A stretch of 64,000 bases of DNA from Geosiphon pyriformis uo1. Lineage: Eukaryota; Fungi; Glomeromycota. The DNA lies in the NCBI GenBank assembly GCA_016748015.1, contig JAAOMT010000134.1, positions 1,246,757 to 1,310,756 of the forward strand, written 5' to 3'. This document shows positions 35,841 to 50,620 of this stretch, in pieces. A program made the position numbers and the translations under genes. The notes beneath the pieces are model-generated. The model ran no database searches, was not told the DNA's origin, and saw nothing but the letters and a program-made list of their open reading frames with translations. Each line of letters opens with the position of its first letter. Position 1 is the first letter of the stretch.

Positions 35841-38130
35841 AAAAAAACTCTTTCTCTCCTAAATTTTATGACCACAAATAGAGCTAAGAGTAAAAAAGTT
35901 GTAAATATTAGTGATAAGCTGTCTTTAGCAGCTTCTGGTTCACTTTCTTCACCTTTGGCTGGTAGTTCTTCTCTAGTTAAAGTTCCTTCAAAAAGACACA
36001 CTTGGGTTAGTCCCAGTGTTGTCTCTACTACTTTGAAAAGCCCAAAGATTTTTAATAACAAACCAGTCAACAAGTTGGTCTTTCCTGCTCTCACCACTTC
36101 CACTATTACTTCTACTACTACTACTTCACAAATGGCCATGAAAGTGAAAAATTCCAAAAAACAGCAGCAAGCAGTCACAACTGCTATGGTCACACTGAAC
36201 CCCTTTGTGGTTCCAGATGAGATCTTCGGTAAGATCTCCACAGCAGCAGCCAGCCCTCTTCTTGATATGAATGGCAACAGCAGCAGCACATCTCCCAAGA
36301 TGGGCCAAGATCAACTACTGGCTGTGTTGCCTGATGTGGTACTCTCTGGCAGATTATTGCCAATCCCAGTAGCAAAACAGTCCATCAATCCAGATGATCT
36401 CAAAAATTGGACTGATCAGATGGAAATGGAATCAACTGTCTCTCCTCCAGTTTCTGGTGCTGCAGATGGTGGTGCTTGGGAAAATGTGAATAGTTGTCAG
36501 AGGTTCTCTGGTTGGGTGGCCTCAAATCTAGTACTTGGAGCTACATTCAAGATCAAAATGGCCCTGCTTGGTTTCTTGTTTTAGTTACTGCCTGGTTGTA
36601 TTGGGCTTAAGTCAGTTTTACGAGATGTTGTTAAGTTGTTCTGTATGGAATTTGCATCTCAGGAGTGTCTAAATGGTGTCACCAAAGTGGCCATCAGAAA
36701 TGAGGTGTTTTTGACCACTCTTAAGATTACATGGTCTTCTGGTGTGGCCTCTGTTTTTTTTCCTTCCTTGTCAGTTGCACTGCATGACGTACCTTTGGGT
36801 ACCTCTTCTGATGACATCAAAACTGCTTTTGGCATTTTTGGTGTTATCACTTCTGTTAAGTTGAAGCCTGTTGGCTTATGGCAATATGCTGTGGTTAATT
36901 TTAAGGACATTTTTTCTGCTGCTGCTGCTCTTTCTAACTGGTCTGTATTGGTTAGAAAAGATAGTGCTAGGATTTTTCCCATTGCCAACCAAAAGGAGAT
37001 TATTTCCTCAAGAGATACATTTAAAGCTAAGTTGGTCAATCTTCTATTTGGCTGTACTGCCTTTGAGATAAACGATTTGGTCTCCCAAGTTGGTGGCTGT
37101 ATGTGTTTCATTCCTCGCTTCCCTGAATCTTATCAATGCCAATGCTTTGCTGTGGTTACCTTTGATTCTTTGGAAATTCTGAATGTTGCTGTGTTAAAAA
37201 CTGGTACCTTGCAGGGTTGTCACATCTGGTAGGAAACTCCTGGGTGTTGCCGCTGTTACAGGTGTCAAGACTTGGGTCATTTGGCCATGAACTGCAAGAA
37301 GTTGCCTCCTCCCACACCCAAACTCTACTTCAACACTTCTAGTGGCCCCAAAATTTTCAAACCTTCATTTGCTGGATCTAAATCTTATGCCAAAGCTGCT
37401 GCTTTTGTGGTTCCTCCTGGTGCTGCTGCTGCTGATATGAACTTGGATCTTGGTGGTTCTCCCAAAACTACACCACCTATAGTGCCTGTTATACCTTTTG
37501 TTCCCAAGTCTGCTGTTGAATCTTGGTTGGCTTCCTTGGAATCCCATCTTAGTGAACTCTCTGTGTTGATAAAATCCTTAGTTGAATCTGTTGGTGCTCT
37601 TGTTGTATTGATTACTAAACTGCTGTCTATTCTAACTGCTGTGGATGTGTCAGTTAAGGAATGTGTGGATGGTTTGGCTAAGCAAAATAAAGGCTTGGCT
37701 GCTGTTGTTTCTATAATGCAGAGAAGCATTACACATCTTGAGAAAAGATGTGAACAGGCTGGCTTGGAGGATGGATCAGATATTGATGACATGGTTGATG
37801 ATGATAATGATGATGATGTTATGATGCATTTATGGGAAGTTCAGCCTTCTAGTATCAAATCCAGTCCTGATCAGACTGCTAAGTGGATGAGTAATATGGT
37901 TAAGAATAGTCATGAGCTTGTTAGCATTATGAGTAAGATGTATGAATTAGAAATGTTTGATACATTAAGTAACAAAGGTAGTACTAGCATGTAGTTAGGA
38001 CTTTCCACTAAGTAGTTAGCCGCATCTTGTAATATTTGTATTATTGGATAAGCTGGCTTTATGAAACTGTCACATTACTGTTGACTTAGCTAATAAACAA
38101 TCAGTGTGGCTACACAATAACAAAAAAAAA
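35841..38130 (+). mobile_element. ORF1-only non-LTR element, copy F, 15-bp TSD
   Basis: T(T/C)AAGTATCTGAACA at 35826-35840 and 38131-38145. ORF region 35868-37994, followed by poly(A). Confidence 0.94.
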
Positions 38131-41100
38131 TCAAGTATCTGAACATCTTAAAGATAAAAGATTACTTGTTGGCATTTACCTATTCATTTCCTGAAATGTA
38201 TAAGTGTAGCATTTGAAGATTATTGAATAAAACATAACTGAAGAGCACATCTGATACTTAATATTGAATTCTAAGAGCACCAATGTGAGGCATAGAATTA
38301 TATCAAGTGTGATCATTTGTTGACAGTATGGACTATTCCTCTATCTTCAAATTCTTCAGTTATCTTTTGAAAAGTATAGCAACTGAGATATTTTATGAGA
38401 CTGATCTCACATATTAAATCCATACTTATTCAATTCACTCTTTGAAGTTGAATTCCCTTTGATTCCTTTCATCACCCTACAATTCTGTTCTCCCTTGCTA
38501 TCTGTTAGCTTGTTACTCCAATCCATAACATAAAAGTGGTGCTCCCTGTGAGGTTGTCAAAATCCTATTGTATGGGTGATTATTCATACCTGCCATAACA
38601 ATCAGAAGAACACTTTAAAGCACACAACAAAAATAATCTAGACTTTATTGAACTCAATTCTTTGCCCTTTTGCTTGATTTGCTTCCCCATTGAAGATCAA
38701 TTCAGCAGACAATTCCAAGACTTTTGGAACTGGTTCCTGAACAAGCATTCAGCTAAAACCTATACAGCTTATACAACCTATTACTTTGACCAAGCTTATT
38801 TTGAAGATGACTTTGAAGAAAGAAACAACAGTATCAATCAGCTCTTATATTCTGCAATCTTTGAACAACAGCCCTCTGATTTCGAATATCTGAATCATCA
38901 AATCCACATTTGGAATGCTGCTCATCAATCAACTAAAACTCCTCTTGAAACAGAAGAAGAAAGCTATCAAACCACTCCTGTTTTTGATCTCTTTTCAAGT
39001 GAATTAAAACACTCCACACAAACAGTTACACCAGAACCAATGGCTCAAAACCCTTTGCAACAAAACATTTTGATTGCCCTCCAAGATATACAGACTGCTT
39101 TAGGGCGAAGAAACAACACTCCATTACTATTATTCTGAGATGATGCCCAAGATCCAATCAAATGGCTGGATGATTTTGAGAGAGCTGCCACAGCAAACCA
39201 ATATAATAATGAATACAAGTTTCAAATTGTTGGTGGCTACCTCCAAGGCTCTCCTGCTACTTGGTTCTCACAAGAAACCAATGCCAATGCTCAGCAAAAA
39301 ATCATTAGATGGGCACCAGCAAATGCTGGAGAAGACAACACCTCTTTTACTATCTGATTTGAAACAAAATTTAGAACTCCCATCTTAATCTCAAAATGGT
39401 GTATGAAATTAGAAAAAAGAACTCAAGGCCCTGGTGAGGTTGTGACAGAATATGCCAAAGCAATAAGAAAACTTATTAAACAGGTAGACTTTGGAAAAAA
39501 TTGGACAAAAAAGCAGAAAATATATTTCTTCACAAAAAGACTGAGAACTGATCTATCATATGCTCTTTGGCCCCTCCTGGCCTTAAAAGATAATCCCACA
39601 ATGGATATGGCCATTGAAAATAGAAGACAATCAAAAAATGCACTTGGGATCCACACTTCCAGTTTTTGCTCCTGCTCCTGTTATGGCTGCCCAAACTCAA
39701 GACCCAAATGAACAGTTAATAGATAGACTTACAGCTAATCTTGTCCGGCTATTAGAACCATTAGCCCAAGCAGTCAGAGACAACCAGCAACTCCAAAGAC
39801 CCAGATTTGAACCATGCTTCAATTAGCAACAGCAACCACCATATCAAAGACAACAAAATTGTGGCCCACCTATGTGCTATCGCTGTGGACTAACTGGACA
39901 CTTTTCCAGAGACTGTAACAATTTTCCATTGCCTTCTTCAGCTCCCAGAAATAATGACACCCAGAATAACAGAGTAAACAATAATAATGTTCCCAATCAA
40001 AGACCCAATTATGCCAACATCAATTTCTTTGGAGAGGATCCCTTAGTTGAAGCTAATATTTACCAGTCTTTAAACTGGTAGGTGCACCTCCAAAGGGTGA
40101 GAGTGCAAGCCAACCAGAAGAAAACCCCTTTTATGCTTTTAACCTAACTAATAATAATTATGATATGGATAAACTAGCAATCAACACCTCTGAATTAACC
40201 AGAAAGAAGAAAAAAGCCAAGGTTGATTTTGTTTTGGACCCAAACAAAGCATCCAAATTATCTGCTGATAACAATGAGCTACCAAAGGCTAAGGTTTTTA
40301 AAAATTCTCCAAAGTTGGAACCTCCAGAAATTGTACAAAAATCTGGACTCTATTCTGTTGTTAAAGATCTCATGAAAACCCCAGCATACATTACATTTGG
40401 CCAACTGATGACCCATCTACAGTTCAGAAAAAATCTTTACAAATCATTGATACCAAAGAAAAAAACACCAAAGACCAATAAATGCCCTTGCCAAGCTGGA
40501 CTTACTGATAAAAGCAATGTCACTCCTCTGATTTGTAAAGCCCAAGTGGCTGGTTACTTCATTGATCTGATCCTAGACAGTGGATCATCTGTTAGTGTAA
40601 TTGCCAAACATTTTCTTGAAGCAATTGGCAAAAAAATTGATGAGCCTTCCACAAGACCAATGACCAATATATATGGTGACAAAAAGAAAGGCCTGGGCAT
40701 AGCCAAAGCTATTCCTGTCCACATTAATGGTATCAGCATTGAAACAGATATAGAAGTATCTAAAGTAAAAGAGTACACCATCATTGTTGGTAATGAATGA
40801 CTTAAGAAAGCCAAAGCACTACTTGACTATGAACTTTGCAAGCTAACCATCAGATGTGGTGAGAAACCCATTGTGGTTAAATGCCAACATTAAACAACTC
40901 CTCTAGTACCCAAGCAGAACCAAGAAGAAAAACAATCAGATAAATCAGATAATAATAAGAGCAATGATGAAAAAGATCAAGAAGAACCAGAAGAAACTGC
41001 TGAACTTGCTTATACCATCTTTGTATTCACCAAGTGATGAATGCAAATCCTGCCTAATCTATTACAAAGATTGGAACCAATTAGCTTGATACTTTAAGAA

Positions 41101-43034
41101 GAACTTAAAGAAGTACAAAAGTTCTTTGAGAGTGAACCACCTGAAATCCAATCACTAGTTGTAAAACAAAGAGAACCTTCCCCTGAAGAAAGAAAAATAG
41201 ACATTAAAAATCTGTTGGCTAGAAATAGCCCAGTTATCTCAAAAGAAGGTAATACCCCTGGACAAACCCATGTAATACAACACACCATCACCACTAAAGA
41301 AACTTGCCCCATCCATTTGAAGCCTTACCAATCTAATTGGCATAATGATGAGTTTATCAAGAAAAAGATAAACTGGATGAAAGATCTTGGATTTATACAA
41401 GAAACCAAGAGTGAATGGGCTTTCTCAGTTGTAGTGATATCCAAGAAAGATGGAACTCTACACTTCTGTGTTGACTATTGCCAATTAAATGCCATTACTA
41501 TAAGAGACATGTACTCACTCCCCAAAATTAATGCAATGCTTTCTTTTCAACTATTGACTTAACTGCTAGATTCTGGCAAGTAGAGATGGATCCAGAAAGT
41601 AGAAAGAAAACTGTCTTCATCACCAAGTATGGCACCTATGAATTTACTGTCATGCCTTTTGGTCTCACCAATGCTCCTCCCACCTTTTAATGCCTAATGA
41701 ATAAAGTGTTTGAATCAGTAAAAGAAAACTTTGTTCTGATTTACTTAAATGACATAATGGTATATTCAAAAACCTGGGATAAACACCTTGAACATTTACA
41801 GAAGGTTTTTGACCTGTTCAGAAATGCTAATCTTAAGATAAACCCAATCAAATCTTTTTTTGGATGCCAATCCACCCAGTTCCTTGGTCATTTTGTTACA
41901 AAAAATGGAATCTTTCCTGACCCAGCTAAAGTTGAAAAAGTTCAAAACATTAGACAACCAATGAATGTTCCTGAACTACACTTTTTCCTGGGTTTGGCCT
42001 CTTACTATCGCAAATTTATCAAGGATTTCTCCAAAATTGCCTTTCCTCTCAATCAACTACTCAGAAAAAATGTCAATTATTACTGGGGCACTCATCAACC
42101 AAAAGCTTTTGAAATTTTGAAGAAAAAACTTGTTACTAAACCAATTCTCAAACAACCTGATCTGAATCAACATTTTATCCTCCACACTAATGCATCTGAC
42201 TATGGACTTGATGCTGTCCTTTCACAGAAAGATGAAAATAGTAGAGAACATGCTATATCATATACCAGTAGATCCCTCACACCAGCAGAAAAGAACTATT
42301 CAGTTACTGAACAAGAATGTCTAGCAGTAATTTGGGCTACCAACTACTGGGATTAATATCTTCTTGGTACAAAATTCTTAGTGGTAACAGATCATCAAGC
42401 CTTGGTTTGGCTGCACAATAAAAAAAAGCTAGAACACAAACAAATAACTCACTAAATACTCCACTTGGATTAATTTGACTATGATATTCAATACCACAAA
42501 GGAGCAAATCATCAAAACACTGATACTCTATCTAGACTTACTATTCAGTGACAATACAACCTCTCAAACCAAACCAACTTAATTATTAGTAACTTTTTTA
42601 CAAACAAACATGATAATGGACTTGGACAACTACTCTGCTTTAATAGAATTTTTGGGTAAAAGACAATACTCATCTGAATACACTTGACAGCAAAGAGAAC
42701 ATTTGCACAAACAATTAAATTTTTATTTGATCTGCCAGAACCAATTATACAAAAAAAACAGAAAAGATCTTGACCACTTCCAAAGAGTTATCAGATTTGA
42801 AGAAAGAGAAATTGTAATATACAACATGCATACTGACCCATTAGCTGGACACTTTGGAAAAACAAAAGCAATTCAGAAAACTTTAACTTGTTATTATTGG
42901 CCCATCTGCCAAAGAAGAGGCAAACCCAATCACAAAGAAGATATCCATCCAATCTCTGTTGGTCAACCCTTTGACAAAATTGGTATAGATGTTGTTGGAT
43001 CTTTAACAATCACTCCTGATGGCAACAGATATAT

Positions 43035-46000
43035 TGTTATGGTTGAAACTTATACTTCTTATTAAATTATCACATGTATTAGCCACTGATGTCATATAAA
43101 TTAGCCATTCTATTTTTAGAAAGTGATCATTGACCTAATTATTAATCTGATCATTGACCTGACCATTAACCTGATCATTAACCACTTTTGATAGCTATAT
43201 AAGTGATGAATCTTTTAGCTGTAGAAAAGTATGTAAGAATCACAAGAAATAAAGAAATAAAATAACAACTTCATTTTAATCCTTCTCTTATCACTAATTT
43301 CTCTTTCCCTACTTTCAAGTATTTGAACATCTTAAAGATAAAAGATTACTTGTTGGTTATTCCTTACCCTTTTCCTGAAACGTGTAATTGTAACATTTGG
43401 AGATTATTGAATAAAATGTGACTGAAGAGCACATCTGATACTTGATATTGAATTCTAAGAGTGCTGACATGAAACATAGAATTATACCAAGTGTGATCAT
43501 TTGTTAACAGTATGGACTATCTCTCTATCTTCAGATTCCCCAGTTACCTTTTGAAAAGTATAGCGACTGAGATATATTATAAGGCTGAGCTTACACATTG
43601 AATCCATACTTATTCAATTTACTCTTTGAAGTTGAATTCTCTTTAATTATTTCCATCACCCTACAATTCTGTTCTTTCTTGTTATTTATTAGCTTCTTAC
43701 TTCAATCCGTAACATAAAAGTGGTGCTTTCTGTGAGGTTGTTAAAATCCACTTTGTTTCCTATTGTATGGGTGATTATTCATACCTGCCACAACAATCAG
43801 AAGAACACTTTAAAGTACACAACAAAAATGATCTATACTTTAATGAACTCAATCCTTTGCCCTCCTGCTTGATTTGCTTCCTTATTGAAGAAAAATCCAG
43901 TAGACAATTCTAAGACTTTTGGAACTGGTTCCTGAACGAGCATTCAGCTGAAACCTACACAGCTTATACAACCTATTACTTTGACCAAGCTTATTTTGAA
44001 GATGACTTTGAAGAAAGAAACAACAGTATCAATCAGCTCTTATATTCTGCAACCTTTGAACAACAGCCCCCTGATTTCGAATATCTGAATCATCAAATCC
44101 ACATTTGGATTGCTGCCCATCAAGCAACTGAAACTCCCTTTGAAACAAAAAAAGAAAGCTACCAAACTGCCCCTGTTTTTGATCTTTTATCAAGCAAATC
44201 AGACTCATCTACACAAACAGTTATCTCTGAACCAATGGCTAATGACCCCATACAAGCAAACATTCTGGCCGCCCTCCAAGGTATACAAACTGCTCTAGGA
44301 AGAAGAAACAATACCTCACTACCACTATTTAGAGGGGACACACAAGATCCAATTGAATAGTTGGATGATTTTGAGAGAGCTGCCACAGCCAACCAGTATG
44401 ATGAAGAATACAAGTTTCAAATCATTGGTGGCTACCTTCAAGGCTCTTCTACTACCTGGTTCTCACAAGAAACAGATGCCAATGCTCAACACAGAATAAT
44501 CAGATGGACACCAAACAATGCTGGAGAAAAAAATACCTCTTTTACTACCTGGTTTGAGGCCAAGTTCAGAACCCCAATATTAATATCTAAATGGTGCATG
44601 GAATTGGAAAGAAGAACCCAAGGCCCTGAAGAAGTAGTGACTGAATATGCCAAAGCTATCAGAAAGCTAATCAAACGTGTAGACTCTAGGAGAAACTGGA
44701 CAGAAGAACAAAAGATCCATTTTTTCACAAAAGGATAAAGAACTGATCTATCATATGCTCTTTGGCCTCTCTTGGCTTTAAAAAACAACCCAACAATAGA
44801 CATGGCTATTGAACTGGCACAAAGAATTGAAGATAACCAAAGGATGCATTTGGAATCCACACTTCCAGTTTTTGCTCCTGCTCCTGTCATGACTCCAGCT
44901 TCACAAATGGCTGCTGTCTCTTTTGCTGCCCAAACTCAAGACCCAAATGAACAGTTAATAGATAGACTCACAGCTAATCTTGCCTGATTACTGGAACCTT
45001 TAGCCCAAGCTGTCAGAGAGAATTAACAACCCCAAAGACCCAGATTTGAACCCTGTTTTAATCAACCCCAGCAACCCCCATATCAAAGACAACAAAATCG
45101 TGACTCACCTGTGTGTTACTGCTGTGGATTAACTGGACATTTCTCAAGAGATTGTAACAATCCTCCCCTGCCTCCTCCAGCTCCTAGAAACAATAACAAT
45201 CAAAACAACAGAACCAGCAACAACAATGTCCCCAATCAAAGACCCAATCATGCTAACATCAATTTCTTTGAAGAGGATCCCCTGGTTGAAGCCACTGTTT
45301 ATTAGCCTTTAAACTGGTAGGCACATCTCCAAAGAGTGAGAAGAAAACCTTTTTTATGCTTTTAATCTAACTGATGATGACCATGACATGGATGAATTAG
45401 CAATCAACACCTCTAAATTAACAAGAAGAAAAAAGCCAAGGTTGATTTTATTCTAGATCCAAAGAAAGTCTCCACATCAACTGCTGATAACAATGAACCA
45501 CTAAAGGCTAAAGTTTTTAAAAATCCTCCAAAGTTAGAACCCCCAGAAATTGTACAAAAATCTGGACCCTATTCTGTTGTCAAGGATCTCATGAAAACCC
45601 CAGCATACATTACATTTGGCCAACTGATGACCCATCTACAGTTTAGAAAAGATCTTCACAAATCATTGATACCAAAGAAAAAAACACCAAAAACCAATAA
45701 ACACCCTTGCCAAGCTGGACTTGCTGACAACAGCAATGTCACTCCTCTAATTTGCAAAGCACAAGTGGCTGGTTACTTCATTGACTTGATCCTAGACAGT
45801 GAATCATCTGTTAGTGTAATTGCCAAACACTTTCTTGAAGTAATTGGCAGAAAAATTGATGAGCCTTCCACCCAACCAATGACCAACATACATGGTGACA
45901 AGAAAAAAGGTCTGGGCATTGCCAAAGCTATTCCTGTCCACATTAATGGCATCAGTATTGAAACTGACATGAAAGTTTCTGAAGCTAAAAAATACACTAT

Positions 46001-49000
46001 CATTGTTGGCAATGAGTGGCTTAAGAAAGCAAAAGCCTTACTCGATTATGAACTTTGTAAGCTAACCATAAGATGTGGTAAAAAACCCATTGTGGTTAAA
46101 TGTTGCCATTGGACAACTCCTTTAGCAACCAAACAAAATCATGAAGATGAGCAATCAGAGGAATCAGATGATAAAGAGAGTGATGAAAAAGATGAACAAG
46201 AAAAACAAGAAGAAACTGCTGAACTTGCCTACACCACCTTCACCAGCAATGGCAAGCCACTAGACAATGTTAAAGCTGATAGAGAGGGAATCATTGTAAA
46301 TGACAAGCTGATCTGCTGGCTCTACTATGATATTCTAAGAAGAACCTTTGACCAAAAGCCTGGCAAGAAAGCCAAATACAGTTATTGGTGGCATGGCCCT
46401 TGTGCCTGGTACTGGTGCAATAAACCTTTGTATTCTCCAAGTAATGAATGCAAATCATGCCTAATCTATTACAAAGATTGAGAACCAATTAGCCTAATAC
46501 CAAAAGATGAATTAAAAGAAGTACAGAAGTCCTTTGAGAATGAACCACCTGAGATCCAATCATTAGTAGTAAAACAAAGAGAACCCTTCCCAGAAGAAAA
46601 AAAGATAGACATTGAAAATCTGTTGGCAAGAAACAGCCCAGTTATCTCAAAAGAAGGTAATATCCCAGGATGAACCCATGTGATACAACACACCATCACC
46701 ACCAGAGAAACTCACCCCATCTATTTGAAGCCTTACCAATTCAATTGCTAAAATGATGAGTTTATCAAGAAAGAAATAAACCAGATGAAAGAACTTGGAT
46801 TCATACAAGAAACTAAGAGTGAATGGGCTTTCCCAGTTGTAGTGGTATCCAAGAAAGGTGGAACCCTACACTTCTGTGTTGACTACTGCCAATTAAATGC
46901 CATCACTAAAAGAGACATGTATCTACTTCCCAAGATTGATGCAATGCTGAACCAATTCAAAGATGCTGCTTTCTTTTTAACCATTGATCTAACTGCTGGA
47001 TTCTGGCAAGTAAAGATGGATTCAGAAAGCCAGAAAAAAACCGTCTTCATTACCAAGTATGGCACCTATGAATCCACAGTCATGCCTTTTGGTCTCACCA
47101 ATGCTCCTTCCATCTTTCAATGCTTAATGAATAAAGTATTTGAATCAGTGAAAGAAAACCTTGTTCTGGTCTATCTGAATGATATAATAGTGTACTCAAA
47201 AACCTGGAATGAACACCTTAAACATTTGCAAAAGGTTTTTGATCTTCTCAGAAATGCAGATCTCAAGATCAACCCAATCAAATTTTTCTTTGGAAGACAA
47301 TCCACCCAATTCCTTGGCCATTTTATTACAAAAGATGGAATTTTCCCTAATTCAGCCAAAATGGAAAAAGTTCAGAACATAAGACAACCAATGAATATTC
47401 ATAAGTTATGTTCTTTCCTTGGTTTGGTCTTCTATTATCACAAATTTGTTAAGGATTTCTTCAAAATTGCCTCTTCACTTAATCAGCTACTCAGGAAAAA
47501 TGTCAACTACCATTGGGGCACACATCAGCAGAAAGCATTTGAAACTCTCAAAGAAAAATTGGTTACAGAACCTATTCTCAAACAATCTGATCTGGATCAA
47601 TCTTTTATCCTTCACACTAATACATCTGGCTATGGACTTGATGCTGTTCTCTCACAAAAAGATGAAGATGGCAGGAAATATGCAATAGCCTATGCCAGTA
47701 GAATCCTTACACCAGCAGAAAAGAACTATTTAGTTACTGAGCAAAAATGCTTAGCAGTAGTTTGGGCTACCAGCTACTGGAATAAGTATCTCCTTGGTGT
47801 GAAGTTTTTGGTGATAACAGATCACCAAGCTTTGGTTTGGCTGTGCAACAAGAAAAGACTAGAACATAAATGGATAGCCCACTGAATACTCCACTTGAAT
47901 AAATTCAACTATGATATTCAACACTGTAAAGGAGTTAATTATCAAAACGCCGACACTCTCTCCAGACTTACTACCAAGTGACAGTACAACCTCCCAAACC
48001 AAACCAACCTAATTATTAGTAATTCTCTTACAACCAAACACAATAATAGACTTGGACAACTACTCTGTCTTAATGGAATTTTTGGGTAAAGGACAATACC
48101 TACTGGAATACACTCAACAGCAAAGAGAACATTTGCACAAACAATCAAATTTTTATTTGATCTGCCAGAACTAATTATATAAAAGAAATAGAAAAGATCC
48201 TGACCACTCCCAAAGAGTCATAAGATTTGAAGAAAGAGAAATTGTGATCTACAACATGCACACTGATCCATTAGCTGGACACTTTGGAAAAACAAAAACA
48301 ATTCAGAAAACTCTAGCTCACTATTATTGGCCTACCTTGGGAAAAAACATTGCTGAGTACATCAAAACCTGTGATACCTGCCAAAAAAGAAGAAAACCCA
48401 ATTGCAAAGAAGACATCCATCTAATTTCTGTTGGCCAACCCTTTGACAGAATTGGTATAGATGTTGTTGGACCATTAACAGTAACTCTTGATGGCAACAG
48501 ATACATTATCACAGCTATTGACTATCTTACAAAGTGGGTAGAAGCAAGAGCCACCCCAGATCAAACAGCAGTTTCCATTGCTAATTTTATTTATGAAGAT
48601 ATTATTTGTCACTATGGCTGCCCCAAAGAACTTTTATCTGATAGAGGAAGAGCTTTTCTCAATACACTGGTTGAAGAACTTTGTAAAAAAATGGAAATAC
48701 ATCACAAACTTTCCTCCCCTTATTACCCCCAAACAAATGGCCTAGTGGAATGTTTCAATAGAACACTGTGTGAAACCTTAGCCAAAACAATTAAAGAAAC
48801 AAACTTATGGGACAAAATACTGCTTTCAGCTTTGTTTGCTTATAGAACTGTGAATTATAACATAACAATTTATGAACCCTTTTACCTGCTCTATGGATAA
48901 ATGGCAACACTACCAATAGAAACTGATATTGAGACAATACTCTTTGAAGAAATCACAATAGGGAATTACAAAGACATTTTGCAAAGAAGACTTGGTACCA

Positions 49001-50620
49001 TTCTTGACTCATTGGTAGAAGCACAAATAATTGCTTTTGAAAAGATAAAACAGTTCCAAGAAAAGCTTAAAAGAAAGAAAACCTATAAAACACTTTCTTT
49101 AAGTGTTTGATAATAAATTCTCTAGCCGGTGGAAAGAACTCTTTATAGTCAACAAAGTTTTAAACAATGGTTCTTATATTCTTCAAGATCAATCTGGAAC
49201 AATCTTTAATGATCATCCTGTTCATGATACATGACTCAAAAAATATCATAAATGACCTGATTGGCTGTCTGTTGTGGTAATACCAACTCAAATGATCAGC
49301 AAAAATTAAATATAAATAAATGCACCATTTCCAAAACAGAGGTATCTTCAATCGACATGAACAATTATTTCCTGGATCAAAACATTCAAAACACCTTCTA
49401 TACTCTCCATAAGTATTGAATCAAAAACTACCCAAATGCTACTCTTACCATTGGAAAACAAACTACAATAACTGATAACAGTAGAACACATACTGTTATC
49501 AGACCAAAGAAAACAACTACCAGAAAAAAAAAATTGGTAGCAAAATGGATAAGTATTTGCTGAAAAGTATAACAGCAGCAATACTTACATCTTCCATTAC
49601 AATTGGAAAAACAATTAAAGAAATCTTGCCTATAGACAAAAACTTGTCATAAGGAAGACAACTAAAACTCTATGGTTGCCTTGGTGAAATCATAGAAAAC
49701 ATGAAGCTCATAAAGAAAACAACTTCTAAGATACAAGTGGAAATTTTGGATATTGTACAATTAGATGTCCCAAGAGCTTTGACCATTGCAAGAAGAGCCA
49801 AAACTCTTATACAAAGATTTAGTCTTTTGGACACAAAGCTCATTTTGCCTTAAGTTTTATATACTTTATCTGCAAAAAACTTCAACAAACTAGTTAGTTT
49901 TGAGTTAGATAAAACTCTTCAAATAGAGTATCCCCTAAATAGTTTGATTTTGCCAAAGCTCAATTTCTTTGAAGAGAATAATGTTACGGTTGAAACTCAT
50001 AGTTTTTATTAGTTATCACATGTATTAATTACTGATGTCATATAATTAGCCACTCTATTTTTAAATAGTGATCATTGATCTGGTCATTAATCACTTTCAA
50101 TAGATATATAAGTGATGAGTTTCTTAGCTGTAGAAAAATATCAATGTAAGGAATCAAGACAATCAAAGAAATAAAATAACAAACTTTCATCTCAAACATT
50201 CTCTTATTGCTAATTTTCTTTTCCCTACCTTCAAGTATCTGAACATCTTTTGGATAAAAAATTACTTGTTGGCACTTTCCTGAAACGTGTAATTGCAGTA
50301 TTTGAAGATTATTTGAATAAACATAACTGAAGAGCACAAGTTGATATCTAATATTGAATTCTAAGAGCACCAACATGAGGCATAGAATTATACCAGCAGT
50401 TATCAATTGTTGACAGTATGGACTATTTCTTTACCTTCAGATTCCTATGTTACCTTTTAAAAAGAATAGTGACTGAGATATTTTATGAGACTGATCTTGC
50501 ACATTGAATCCATACTTATTTAATTTGCTCATTAAAGTTGAATCCTCTTTGATTATTTCCATCACCTTACAATTCTGTTCTCCCTTGCTATTCATTAGCT
50601 TGTTATTCCAACCCGTAACA
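43035..50620 (+). mobile_element. Gypsy copy H (LTRs 43035-43714 and 49982-50620; gag 43767-45320, pol to 47981, integrase ~48046-49255, extra ORF ~49252-50011), probably chimeric
   Basis: All domains are present, but the flanks (ATAT / ATAC) belong to different host positions and the two LTRs are visibly divergent. Confidence 0.9.

Larger units (their letters stand above)
34898..43034 (+). mobile_element. Gypsy copy G (5' LTR 34898-38530 interrupted twice; gag 38572-40081; pol to 42551; integrase cut at 43034)
   Basis: LTR pieces at 34898-35140, 35820-35840 and 38131-38530. PBS at 38537-38553. Intact DSG protease motif. Confidence 0.9.

Noticed and set aside
50038-50406. ORFs inside LTRs (also 3968-4249 and 50437-50682)
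   Set aside because: They are not conserved as open frames between LTR copies and have no recognisable motifs.
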